Source of the DNA: Rikenellaceae bacterium
GTDB taxonomy: Bacteria; Bacteroidota; Bacteroidia; Bacteroidales; Rikenellaceae
Length of the DNA: 64,000 nucleotides
Reading direction: 5' to 3'
Assembly: GCA_031551275.1 (NCBI GenBank)
Contig: JAVBNX010000018.1
Coordinates: forward strand, 5,501 to 69,500
Shown: positions 28,496 through 38,000 of the stretch, in pieces
Layout: each line of letters opens with the position of its first letter
How positions within the stretch are numbered: the first letter of the stretch is position 1
Made by a program: the position numbers and the translations under genes
The notes under the pieces: model-generated
Seen by the model: the letters and a program-made list of their open reading frames with translations, nothing else
Told to the model about the DNA's origin: nothing
Databases searched by the model: none

Positions 28496-30319
28496 ATGAA
28501 ACCAATGTATGCAACCGCCGCCGTTTTGCTGACCGCCTGCTCCCTGCTGGGAGCCTGCAAAGAGAAGGACGGCAAATCTTCCCGCCCCTACACCGACCTG
28601 ACGGTAACCTCCCCCTATCCCTACCAGGTGAGGTTCGAGGGCAGCACCGAAACCGTGGAGTTTACCTGCTCCTTTACCACCTCCTGGGAGGCCTCCGTCA
28701 GGGCGTTGGACGGGGGGAGTTGGATCTCGATCTCTTCGCCCGCGCGGGGCGAGGGTGACGGAACGGTCCGCCTCGCGGTCGATCCCAACCCCGACGGCGC
28801 GGTCCGCCTGGCCGAGCTGACTTTCAGCTCCAACGGGGCGACGGTCAAGCACGAGATCATGCAGGAGGCCAAGGGGACCACCCTGACCTTCCCCGGGACG
28901 ACCATCCACTCCTGCATCCAATTTACCGAGGACCACCTCAACCGGTTGAAGTCCGCATACACCACCGCGCCCGCGGGCTCGACCCTGCGTTCGGCCTTCG
29001 ACGCGCTGACCACGCGGTGCAACAATTACAGTGCGTCGTTCAACGCCTCGGCCGGTGTGCAGCCCGCCGCCGGCATAGCGGAGAACAACTCCGACGACTA
29101 CTACACGCGCATCCTCAACCGGGCGGCGATCGCACGCGACTACGCCTTGCTGTACCACCTGACCGGAACGACCTCCTACGCAACCAATTCGGTGGCCATC
29201 ATGATGGCCTGGGCCAACTTCTCGACGGATATCGACTTTACCCAGTACCGCAGCGCGGACGATGAGGACGGCGGCGCCTCGTCGGATTACAGCCCCAACA
29301 TGGGCATGAAACTGGCGCGCTCGATCTACCCCATCTTCTCGGCCTACGATATGCTGCAGGAAACGGGTGTGATGACCGACGACCAGAAAGCGGTCATCGC
29401 AAGGTGGTTCAGGGCGACCTATCCCCAGATCATGGTCTGCCAGGAGCGGTGGCGCAACAACAACTACCACAACATGCAGCTCTGGCAAAACCACCTGGTC
29501 GCCGCCAGCATGGGCGTGATGGCCGCCGGCGCGGCGTTGCGCGACCCGCGCATCGTAAGGCTCGGGCTCAACTCCCAAGACAACACCCGCAACCTGGTCC
29601 GCTGCATCCAGGGGACGATCTTCGTGGAGGCGGACGGCAACCTCTCCAACGACGGCAGCCTGGACTGGATGGGCCCCTGCCACCGCGAAGTACTTACCTC
29701 GGCCTACTACCAGAAGGTGCAGACCGGCGAGATCTACGACCGCTACCGCCACGACACGGGACGCCAGAAAGGCTTCCAGTACTCGGGCCTCTCGACCACC
29801 TTGCTGGTTACCGCCGCGCAGATGGCCAACCACCTCTCGGCGAAGATCAACGGGCAGGATATTTTCGACTACGTGGCCCCCACGGGCGAGAACCTGCTCA
29901 TGCCGCTGGAGTACTACGTGGACTTCTACAACGTGCCCACCACCAACCCCGGGACCAACCCCGTGGAGGGATCATACGCCCTTTCGGGCTACCGCAAGGC
30001 CCAGATCAGGGATGTGATCCCCGGCAAGACGACCTATTACGGCGATGAGGACGAGAAAGACGGCGCGGAAACCAAGATGAACCGCATCGGCATCGCGGGC
30101 GACTACGCAGGCATCTTCGAGTTGGGCTGGAGCTACTACCCCAACAGCGTGCGACTCAAGACGTTCGTGATGGCCAACAACTACGGCCGCGGGGGCAAGG
30201 CCTTTAAGTACGACGATCCCGACCCCGCCAAGGTAAGGAACAACTTCGATCCCTACTCGTCCCTGAACGGTTACTTCCGCTTCTTCTCGGTCCGCAACGG
30301 GCTGGATGTGACCAACTAA
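28496..30319 (+). CDS. BACON-like domain plus polysaccharide lyase-like toroid lipoprotein, paralog 3
   Basis: 607 aa. Lipobox LLGAC. The N-terminal ~100 aa (TVEFTCSFTTSWEASVRALDGGSWISISSPARGEGDGTVRLAVDPNPDGAVRLAELTF) fit the BACON pattern. The body shares LWQNHLVAASMG and GEIYDRYRH...FQYSGLSTTLL with the two paralogs at 15392 and 16659. Confidence 0.55.
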   Translation: MKPMYATAAVLLTACSLLGACKEKDGKSSRPYTDLTVTSPYPYQVRFEGSTETVEFTCSFTTSWEASVRALDGGSWISISSPARGEGDGTVRLAVDPNPDGAVRLAELTFSSNGATVKHEIMQEAKGTTLTFPGTTIHSCIQFTEDHLNRLKSAYTTAPAGSTLRSAFDALTTRCNNYSASFNASAGVQPAAGIAENNSDDYYTRILNRAAIARDYALLYHLTGTTSYATNSVAIMMAWANFSTDIDFTQYRSADDEDGGASSDYSPNMGMKLARSIYPIFSAYDMLQETGVMTDDQKAVIARWFRATYPQIMVCQERWRNNNYHNMQLWQNHLVAASMGVMAAGAALRDPRIVRLGLNSQDNTRNLVRCIQGTIFVEADGNLSNDGSLDWMGPCHREVLTSAYYQKVQTGEIYDRYRHDTGRQKGFQYSGLSTTLLVTAAQMANHLSAKINGQDIFDYVAPTGENLLMPLEYYVDFYNVPTTNPGTNPVEGSYALSGYRKAQIRDVIPGKTTYYGDEDEKDGAETKMNRIGIAGDYAGIFELGWSYYPNSVRLKTFVMANNYGRGGKAFKYDDPDPAKVRNNFDPYSSLNGYFRFFSVRNGLDVTN

Positions 30320-30332
30320 AACCAGAAAATAC

Positions 30333-30372
30333 GAAGGCCCGCCGGAATTTTCGGCGGGCCTTCATTGTTTTT
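30333..30372. terminator. strong hairpin terminator between convergent genes
   Basis: gaaggcccgccg/gaatttt/cggcgggccttc is a perfect 12-bp GC-rich stem, followed by attgttttt on the plus strand. Confidence 0.65.
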
Positions 30373-30382
30373 CGGCGGTCGC

Positions 30383-30934
30383 TTAGAAGCGGTATGCCAG
30401 CGAAACGCCCAGGCGGGTCAAGCCGAAGACGGTCTCCGTCTTGCCTTGCTCGAGCAGCAGGGTGGGGTCGTTCTTGCAGTAAACGTCTGCGTCGAAACAC
30501 CATACACCAGCGCCGATAAAGGCGTCCAGGGACCAGCGGTGGTTGAACCTCCAAGTGTAACCGTAATCCAGGCCGCCGCCGTAAGCGACGCCTTCGCGGA
30601 TATTTTTCTTCTTGGTTATCTGCAACTTGTCGAAGTCGCCGTAGTTGCCGTGCAGACCCAGGTAGTGGCCGTTGAATTTCTCGCAGAAGTAGTAGCGCAG
30701 TTCAGCCGTAGCCCACCAGCCTTTCAGGCTCATGCCTTCGTCTTCCCAGTAGGGCGAGTAGTAGCCTTCGGCCAACAGGGTAAAGTGTTTGGAGAGGCCG
30801 AATTCGAACCCGAGGTTGGGCACGAGGACTGCATCTCCCAACAGGTTGGTACGGATGGTAACCTGCGCATTCGCGCGATAACCCGATGCGCACAGCACGA
30901 GGGCCAGGATGGCTGCCGAAACAAGTTTTTTCAT
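30383..30934 (-). CDS. DUF3575-family outer-membrane beta-barrel protein
   Basis: MKKLVSAAILALVLCASGYRANAQVTIRTNLLGDAVLVPNLGFEFGLSKHFTL and the C-terminal aromatic residue (..LAYRF) match DUF3575. This family commonly heads Bacteroidota fimbrial loci. Confidence 0.7.
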   Translation of the reverse strand: MKKLVSAAILALVLCASGYRANAQVTIRTNLLGDAVLVPNLGFEFGLSKHFTLLAEGYYSPYWEDEGMSLKGWWATAELRYYFCEKFNGHYLGLHGNYGDFDKLQITKKKNIREGVAYGGGLDYGYTWRFNHRWSLDAFIGAGVWCFDADVYCKNDPTLLLEQGKTETVFGLTRLGVSLAYRF

Positions 30935-31064
30935 AATCGTTATCATTTTTTATTTAGGGTTTTCTTTCTTACGCAGCATCAGGTTATAATACTGCATAAT
31001 AATACGAGTACAAAATTATTCAAATTATTTTGATTTGCGAACTGTTTGGACTAATTTTACCCTC

Positions 31065-32378
31065 ATGTCTACCAAAAACCGGACCATAATCGTCACAGCC
31101 ATTGCACTGTGCGTAGTTATAGCAGCCATATTAACATATTTTAAAGTATTTCGCCGGACACCCGCCGGGGAGCAGGAGGTGTGCGTGGCCGAGGAGATCG
31201 AGCTCAAGTACGGCCTGCCCTGTCGGGACTATACCATAGAATACGGGACCGTGCAGAGCGGGCAGACGCTCTCTTCGATCCTCAACAACTACGGCATAGG
31301 CCCGGGGACGATCGATCGCGTCGCCAAAACGGTCGAGCCGGTCTTTTCGCTGCGCAACATCAAAGCCGGCAACCACTACGCCGTCTTTCTGGCCGCCGAC
31401 TCCTTGTCGGCCGACTCGCTGGCAACGCTCCGGCACTTTGTCTACGAGTCCTCGCTGACCGACTACCTGGTCATCTCCCTGGAGGGGGACTCCGTGTCGG
31501 CCGTCCTGGGCCGCAAGGATGTGCAGACCGAGCGTTGCAGGGCGCGGGGGACAATCGAGTCCTCGCTCTGGAACGCGATGGTCGGACAGGGGTTGCCCCC
31601 CTCTCTCGCCATGGAGCTCTCGGAGATCTACGCCTGGAGCGTCGACTTCTTCGGGTTGCAGCAGGGCGACCAGTTCAACGTGATCTACGACCGTTTGAGC
31701 GTCGATTCGCTCATGGTGGGCGTGGGGACGATCTGGGGCGCCGAGTTCCTTCACGCCGGAAAGACCTACTACGCCATACCTTTTATGCAGGGCGAGAAGG
31801 TAACCTATTGGGATGAGAACGGAGCCTCGCTGCGCAAGACGCTGCTGAAGGCGCCCTTGCGCTTCTCGCGCATCTCGTCGAGGTTTACCGCCTCGCGGAT
31901 GCACCCCGTGCTCAAGGTCCGCCGGGCCCACTACGCGGTCGATTACGCCGCCCCCTCGGGCACGCCCGTCCACTCGGTCGCCGACGGGGTGATCCTGAGC
32001 GCAGGCTGGTCGGGCGGCGGCGGGAACACCGTCAAGATCCGCCACGCCAACAATTTGCAGTCGGCCTACCTCCACCTGAAAGGCTACGCGTCCGGCATCA
32101 AAGCCGGCAAGCGGGTCAGCCAGGGCGATCTGATCGGCTACGTCGGCTCGACGGGGCTGTCCACCGGTCCCCACCTCGACTTCAGGCTCTGGCGGGGCAA
32201 CCAGCCGATCGACCCGTTGAAGGCCCCCTCCGATCCGGTGGAGCCGATCTCCGAGCAGAACAAGGCCGCCTTCGGGGAGGTAAAATCCCGCATCCTGGGC
32301 GAGCTGGCCGATACGTTGCCCGACAGTTTGAGGATTACCTCCCTAACCATGCTGTCATGCAGCCCGACAGAAGAATAA
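31065..32378 (+). CDS. M23-family metallopeptidase (membrane anchored)
   Basis: The ATG at 31065 gives MSTKNRTIIVTAIALCVVIAAIL (TM anchor). M23 catalytic motifs HYAVDYAAPSGTPV and GYVGSTGLSTGPHLDF. Confidence 0.85.
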   Translation: MSTKNRTIIVTAIALCVVIAAILTYFKVFRRTPAGEQEVCVAEEIELKYGLPCRDYTIEYGTVQSGQTLSSILNNYGIGPGTIDRVAKTVEPVFSLRNIKAGNHYAVFLAADSLSADSLATLRHFVYESSLTDYLVISLEGDSVSAVLGRKDVQTERCRARGTIESSLWNAMVGQGLPPSLAMELSEIYAWSVDFFGLQQGDQFNVIYDRLSVDSLMVGVGTIWGAEFLHAGKTYYAIPFMQGEKVTYWDENGASLRKTLLKAPLRFSRISSRFTASRMHPVLKVRRAHYAVDYAAPSGTPVHSVADGVILSAGWSGGGGNTVKIRHANNLQSAYLHLKGYASGIKAGKRVSQGDLIGYVGSTGLSTGPHLDFRLWRGNQPIDPLKAPSDPVEPISEQNKAAFGEVKSRILGELADTLPDSLRITSLTMLSCSPTEE

Positions 32379-32782
32379 CCGCTTTCATACGCCGCCACCA
32401 CGTGATGACGCTGGCCACCGGCTCGGGCGACCGTCCCTGGTGCTCGAATGCGTTCTATGCCTATATGGAGGCCCAAAACGCCTTTGTGATCACAGCCAAC
32501 CCCAACACCCGGCACGGGGCCGAGATGGAGGCCAACCCCATGGTCGCCGGCTCGATCGTGCTCGAAAGCCGGATCGTCGGCAACCTGCAGGGCGTCCAGT
32601 TCGAAGCCCTCGTCTATCCCGCCCCCGAACACCCCTTGAAAGAGGAGGCCCGCGCGGCCTACCTCAAACGATTCCCATACGCGGTATTCGCCGACCTCGA
32701 CCTGTGGATCGTTGCGCCCACTCACTTGAAGCTCACGGACAATAGGCTGGGCTTCGGCAAGAAATTAATATGGAAAGAGTAG
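32357..32782 (+). CDS. pyridoxamine 5'-phosphate oxidase-like (YhbP/UPF0306-type) FMN-binding fold protein
   Basis: 141 aa. ITAFIRRHHVMTLATGSGDRPWCSNAFYAY is typical of the YhbP family. Confidence 0.65.
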   Translation: MQPDRRITAFIRRHHVMTLATGSGDRPWCSNAFYAYMEAQNAFVITANPNTRHGAEMEANPMVAGSIVLESRIVGNLQGVQFEALVYPAPEHPLKEEARAAYLKRFPYAVFADLDLWIVAPTHLKLTDNRLGFGKKLIWKE

Positions 32783-33441
32783 AGATCGTCATAGTCGCCG
32801 CCGGAAAGGGGGCGCGCTTCGGTCAGGAGCTGCCCAAGCAGTTCCAACTGCTGGACGGCATCCCCATCCTGGCCCGCTCCATCGACGCCATGCACCGGGC
32901 CCTGCCCGACGCCGGGATCACGGTCGCCCTCTCCCCCGAGGGCAAGACGGTGTGGAACGAGCTGTGCGCCCGGTACGACGTGCCCGCGCACAGGCGCTGC
33001 AACGGAGGCCCGACCCGGTTCCACACCGTGCAGAACGCGCTGGAAGCGTTGCCCGATTGCGACATCATCCTGGTGCACGACGCAGCCCGGCCTTTAGTGA
33101 CCCAAAGGGTGGTCGACGAGGTAATGGCCATCGTCCGCCGCGGCCGCGCCTCGGTCCCGGTCATCCCCTGCGTCAATTCGCTGCGCTTTATCGTGGGCAA
33201 CGAGTCCGTGCCGATGGACCGCGTCAACATCCGCATGGTCCAAACCCCCCAGGCCTTCCCCGCCGTCCAACTCCGGGAGGCCTACAAGCAACTCTACCAC
33301 TCCACCTTTACCGACGACGCCACGGTGGTCGAGAACATCGGCTTCAAGGTCTCGGTCTGCCAGGGCGACGACGACAACATCAAGATTACCTGCCCGATGG
33401 ACCTCCGCCTGGCCGAATACATCCTCGAGCAGCGCAAGTAG
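32770..33441 (+). CDS. ispD: 2-C-methyl-D-erythritol 4-phosphate cytidylyltransferase
   Basis: 223 aa. VIVAAGKGARFGQELPKQF, ILVHDAARP and VQTPQAF are canonical IspD motifs. Confidence 0.9.
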   Translation: MERVEIVIVAAGKGARFGQELPKQFQLLDGIPILARSIDAMHRALPDAGITVALSPEGKTVWNELCARYDVPAHRRCNGGPTRFHTVQNALEALPDCDIILVHDAARPLVTQRVVDEVMAIVRRGRASVPVIPCVNSLRFIVGNESVPMDRVNIRMVQTPQAFPAVQLREAYKQLYHSTFTDDATVVENIGFKVSVCQGDDDNIKITCPMDLRLAEYILEQRK

Positions 33442-33443
33442 CC

Positions 33444-33980
33444 ATGAACAGCGAGTACAAATACGTGGCCGACCGCCGCAGCAGACTGATTACCCTGGGG
33501 GTCGGGCTGGCCGTCCTGGCCGGGCTCGGGCTCTTCACGATCCTGGGCGACGGCAGCTACCTGCCCGCCTCGATCATGGCCACACTGCTGGGCATTACCT
33601 TATTATATGTGTTGTCCATCCCGGTCAAGATGCGCATCACGGATACCCACCTGGAGATCCTCTGCATTCTGGAGATGACCCGGATCCACGTCGGGGACAT
33701 CAAGCGCGTGGAGGCGCTCGAACCCGCCCGCATGAGGGCCACCATCCCCATCCTGGGCAGCTACGGATTTTTCGGCTACTACGGCTATTACCTCAATTTG
33801 AAGAGCTGGGAGATGGTCAAGGTCTACGCTTCCAGGTGGAGCAACTTCGTGGAGATCGAGGACATCTACGAGCAGAAATACATCGTCAGCGCGGACGATC
33901 CCGCCCAATTCATCGAGAGCCTGAACAAAGCCATCCGCCGCCACACCGAGCAGCTCTACGACGGGATGGAGAACCGGTAG
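33444..33980 (+). CDS. membrane protein with bacterial PH-like domain
   Basis: The in-frame ATG at 33444 gives MNSEYKYVADRRSRL, followed by two hydrophobic helices. The track's upstream extension overlaps ispD out of context. Confidence 0.5.
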   Translation: MNSEYKYVADRRSRLITLGVGLAVLAGLGLFTILGDGSYLPASIMATLLGITLLYVLSIPVKMRITDTHLEILCILEMTRIHVGDIKRVEALEPARMRATIPILGSYGFFGYYGYYLNLKSWEMVKVYASRWSNFVEIEDIYEQKYIVSADDPAQFIESLNKAIRRHTEQLYDGMENR

Positions 33981-33983
33981 GGA

Positions 33984-35021
33984 TCAGGCGCGGGTGTAGG
34001 GCGCAACGTCCATCGCGCAGGGCTCGGCCCCGTCCAGCATACTGAAATACCCCGCAGCCGCGATCATGGCCGCGTTGTCGGTCGTGAATTTAAATTCGGG
34101 TAGGTAAGCCTTCCAACCCCTGCGCCGGCACGCCTCTTCGACCGCATTCCTCAGCCCCGAGTTGGCCGAGACGCCTCCGGCGATGGCGATCTCTTTGATA
34201 TTTAAATCCTTCGCCGCCCGGATCAGGTTCTTCATCAAAATCTCGATGATGGTGTGCTGCAACGAGGCGCACAGATCGGCGGTATTTTGCTCGATAAAGG
34301 CCGGGTCGAGGGCCAGTCGGTCCCTCAGAAAATAGAGGAAAGAGGTCTTCAGCCCGCTGAAGCTGTAATCGTAGCCGCCGACCACGGGCCTTGCGAAGCG
34401 GAACCGCAACGGATCGCCCTGCCTGGCGTAACGGTCGATGACCGGGCCTCCGGGGTAGGGCAGCCCCATTACCTTGGCGCACTTGTCGAAGGCCTCGCCC
34501 GCAGCGTCGTCGATGGTCGTGCCGATGATCGTCATCCGGGTATAATCCTCCACCAGAATGATCTGCGTATGCCCGCCCGAGACCAGCAGCGTCAGAAACG
34601 GGAACGAGGGGTGGGGCGTCTCTTTGTCCGGCACGTCGATAAAGTGGGAGAGGATGTGGCCGTTGAGGTGGTTGACCTCGAACATGGGGATGTTGCGCGC
34701 GATGGCCAGCCCTTTGGCGAAGGATAGCCCCACCAGCAGCGAACCCATCAGCCCGGGTCCCCGCGTGAAGGCGATCATATCGATCCCTTCGGGGGTAAGG
34801 CCCGCCTGTTTGAGGGCCGTGTCGATTACCGGGATGATGTTTTGCTGGTGCGCGCGCGAGGCCAGCTCGGGGATCACGCCCCCGTATTTTTGGTGGACGT
34901 CCTGGCTGGCGATCACGTTGGAGAGCAACTCCGTGCCCCGCAAAACGGCCGCCGAGGTGTCGTCGCACGACGATTCGATGCCCAGGGTAACGATCTGATC
35001 CTTGTTTTTGAGGAATTCCAC
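33984..35021 (-). CDS. tsaD: tRNA N6-adenosine threonylcarbamoyltransferase
   Basis: 345 aa. LGIESSCDDTSAAV, HQQNIIPVI and VNHLNGHI are canonical Kae1/TsaD motifs. Confidence 0.95.
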   Translation of the reverse strand: MEFLKNKDQIVTLGIESSCDDTSAAVLRGTELLSNVIASQDVHQKYGGVIPELASRAHQQNIIPVIDTALKQAGLTPEGIDMIAFTRGPGLMGSLLVGLSFAKGLAIARNIPMFEVNHLNGHILSHFIDVPDKETPHPSFPFLTLLVSGGHTQIILVEDYTRMTIIGTTIDDAAGEAFDKCAKVMGLPYPGGPVIDRYARQGDPLRFRFARPVVGGYDYSFSGLKTSFLYFLRDRLALDPAFIEQNTADLCASLQHTIIEILMKNLIRAAKDLNIKEIAIAGGVSANSGLRNAVEEACRRRGWKAYLPEFKFTTDNAAMIAAAGYFSMLDGAEPCAMDVAPYTRA

Positions 35022-35053
35022 GATTTTGATTAGCTTTGTAGGTTAAATAAACC

Positions 35054-38000
35054 GTGCGCAAAGTTATAAAAATATCGGTAAAAGTGGTGCTGGGCGTCGT
35101 CCTGGTATCCGTACTATTGCCCGTGGTCCTGGGGGGGGCTCTGCTGATCCCGTGGGTCCAGAACCTGGCCGTGGACGCCGCCGCGCGGTGGGCCTCCAAG
35201 AAGTTGGAGACCAAAGTCGAGGTCGGGCACATCCGCATCCATCCCCGGGGCACGGTTACCCTTTCGGGCTTCTACGTCGAGGATTTCCGCGGCGACACGC
35301 TGTTGTACGCCCCGAAGCTCGACGCCGCACTCGCCCCCATGGGGATCGGCGGCGGCGGTATCCGCTTCCGGGAGATCGGCCTGGACAGCGCGAAACTCTA
35401 CCTGTTCAGCCCCGATGAGGGGGAGATGAATATGGTCCGGATCATTAGGCGTATCAGCGGGAAGAAAGAGAAGAAGGACAAACCGTTTGCCATTGCCGCC
35501 AAAAAGGTCGACATATCCCGGATGACCTTCCGTATGCAGAAGCAGACGATCAGGGAGCGCGCGGGCTTCAACGCCGAGGACATCGAGTTTACAGATATAG
35601 ACCTCGATGTGGAGGATTTCGGGGTGGTGGGAGACAGTATTTTCATGCAGATCAAGGGTGTAACGGCCAAAGAGAAAGGCGGTTTGGACGTGCAATCCTT
35701 CCGCGCGCGCCACTTCTCGATCGCGAGCCGCTCGATGCGTTTCAACTCCGTGGAGTTTACCTCGCCCGGTACGGCGGTCTCTCTGCCCCGGCTGGACTTT
35801 CTGTACGAGTCGTGGAAGAGCTACGCCGAATTCCTGACCGACGTGAGGATGGAGGCCGAGAGCGACCTCTCGAAGGTCGATTTCTCCACGATCGCCCTTT
35901 TCGCCCCCGCCATGCAGGGCAATAAGCTGGTCGTCGACCGCTTCACCGGCTCCGTGCAGGGCCCCGTGGCCGCCCTCTCGGGCCAGATCGCGGAGTGCGT
36001 CGCGGGGGAGACCAGCCTGAAAGGCTCTTTCACGAGCCGGGGCCTTCCCGACATCGCCCGGACCCGTTTCCACATCGATATCGCGCAGTTGCAGACCACG
36101 GCCCAAGACGCGAAACGCATCGCCGGGGAGTTTACCCGGGGCAAGGCCGCGGAGTGGAACCTGCCCGATCCGGGGCCTCTGGCTTTGACGGGTATGTTCG
36201 ACGGTACATTGGCCGACTTCTCGTCCGAGCTGTTGGCCGCCTCCCCGCGCGGGGACCTCGACGCGCAGGTGGCTTCCCGGATGGAGAACGGTTCGCGGAT
36301 CCTCTCGGGGCGCGCTACCGCCACGGATCTCGATCTGAGGATGCTCTTCGACAACCCCAGGATGGGCCGCGCCACCCTGTCCGCCTCGGGCGAGGCCGCT
36401 TTGAGCCAGGGCAGGTTCGCCGCCAAAGGCAAGGCCGAGGTCGCCCGCCTGCGCTACAACAACTACACCTACCACAGCCTGATCGCCGCGGGAACCTACG
36501 CCGAAGGGCGTTTCAAGGGCGATGTCAGCTCCTCGGACCCCAACCTCGACTTCGACGGCTACGCCGAGCTGGAGCTGGGCGCGGCCACGCCCGATTACCT
36601 GTTGGACCTGCGGCTTCACAACGCCGACCTGGCCAAACTGCACCTCAACAAGCGCGACTCGATCTCGCTCTTGTCCTGCCGGTTGCACGGCCATGCCTCG
36701 GGGCATGACCTGAACGATCTGAACGGGGAGATCTTTATCGACGACCTGCTATACGTCAACCCGGTCGATTCGGTCAGGGCGGGCGAGATCCGGTTCGACG
36801 CGGTAAACAACGAGCAGATCAAGTCGCTGGTCATGGACGCCCCCTTCGCCCGGGCTGAGTACCACAGCACGGCGGATTACAGCTACATGAGCGAATTTTT
36901 TAGGCGCACCGTCGCCTCCTACCTGCCCGCTTTGCAGAATGGCGGCAGGAAGGCTCAGCGCGCCGCGCCCCTGCCGCAGAACGCCCCCGACAGCTATACG
37001 CTCTTGAAAGTCAACGTACTGGAGGCCAACAACGTGGCAGGTATCTTTATGCCGGGTTTGGAGGTGGCCAGAAACAGCAATTTAACCCTGCTGTTCAACC
37101 CGAGATCCGACAAATTTTCGGTCTCCCTGCAATCCGACTACCTCGAGCAGGGCCCCTTCCTCGCCTCGGGCATCCAGTTGGACAGCCGCAACGAGGGCGA
37201 CTCGATCTCGTTGTACCTTCGCACGGACGACCTCTACGCGATGGGGATGCACACGCCGGAATTCTCGCTGCTGGGCGGATTGAAATACAACCGGATCGAC
37301 CTGGGGGCGAGGTTCCGCAACACGCCCACGTCCAGCCCCTCGCTGATCTCGGTCGGGGCGGAGTTCGAGCGCGACACGGTCACGGGCGCGCCCCGGGCGC
37401 GTATCCGGGTGGCCCCCTCGACGGTCTACACCGGGGAGCGGAGCTGGCGCATACTCTCCCGCGAGATCGTTTGCGATACCTCGCGGGTGGAGGTCCAGAG
37501 TTTCCGGGTGATCTCCCAGGGCCAGGAGCTCTCCGTAAACGGGGTCGCCTCGCGCAGCAAGGCCGACACGCTGCACATCAAGCTCAACCACTTCGATATC
37601 TCCCCCTTCGGGCGCTTTACCGAGCGGATGGGCTACACGCTCAACGGCTACACGGGGGGCTACGCGGATATCGTTTCGCTCTTCGGGGGCGCGTCGTTGT
37701 ACGCGGAGGTCAACCTCGACGAGGTGGCGGTCAATCAGGTCAAGGCCCCGCCCATGCTCTTCCGCAGCACGTGGGACTTCGCCAACGAGCGCGCGCGGAT
37801 GACCCTGACGGGTCGTGAGCGGGGCGACACGATCATCCGGGGCTACTACCGCCCCGCCGAGCGGAGGCTGCTGGCCTACGCAACCCTGAAAAACATCGAC
37901 CTCGCGTTGCTGGACCCCCTGCTGGAGGATGTGACCGGCCGGACCACGGGGCGCGCCGACGCCGACCTGACCGCACGGGGCAGCTTCTCCAACCTCGACG

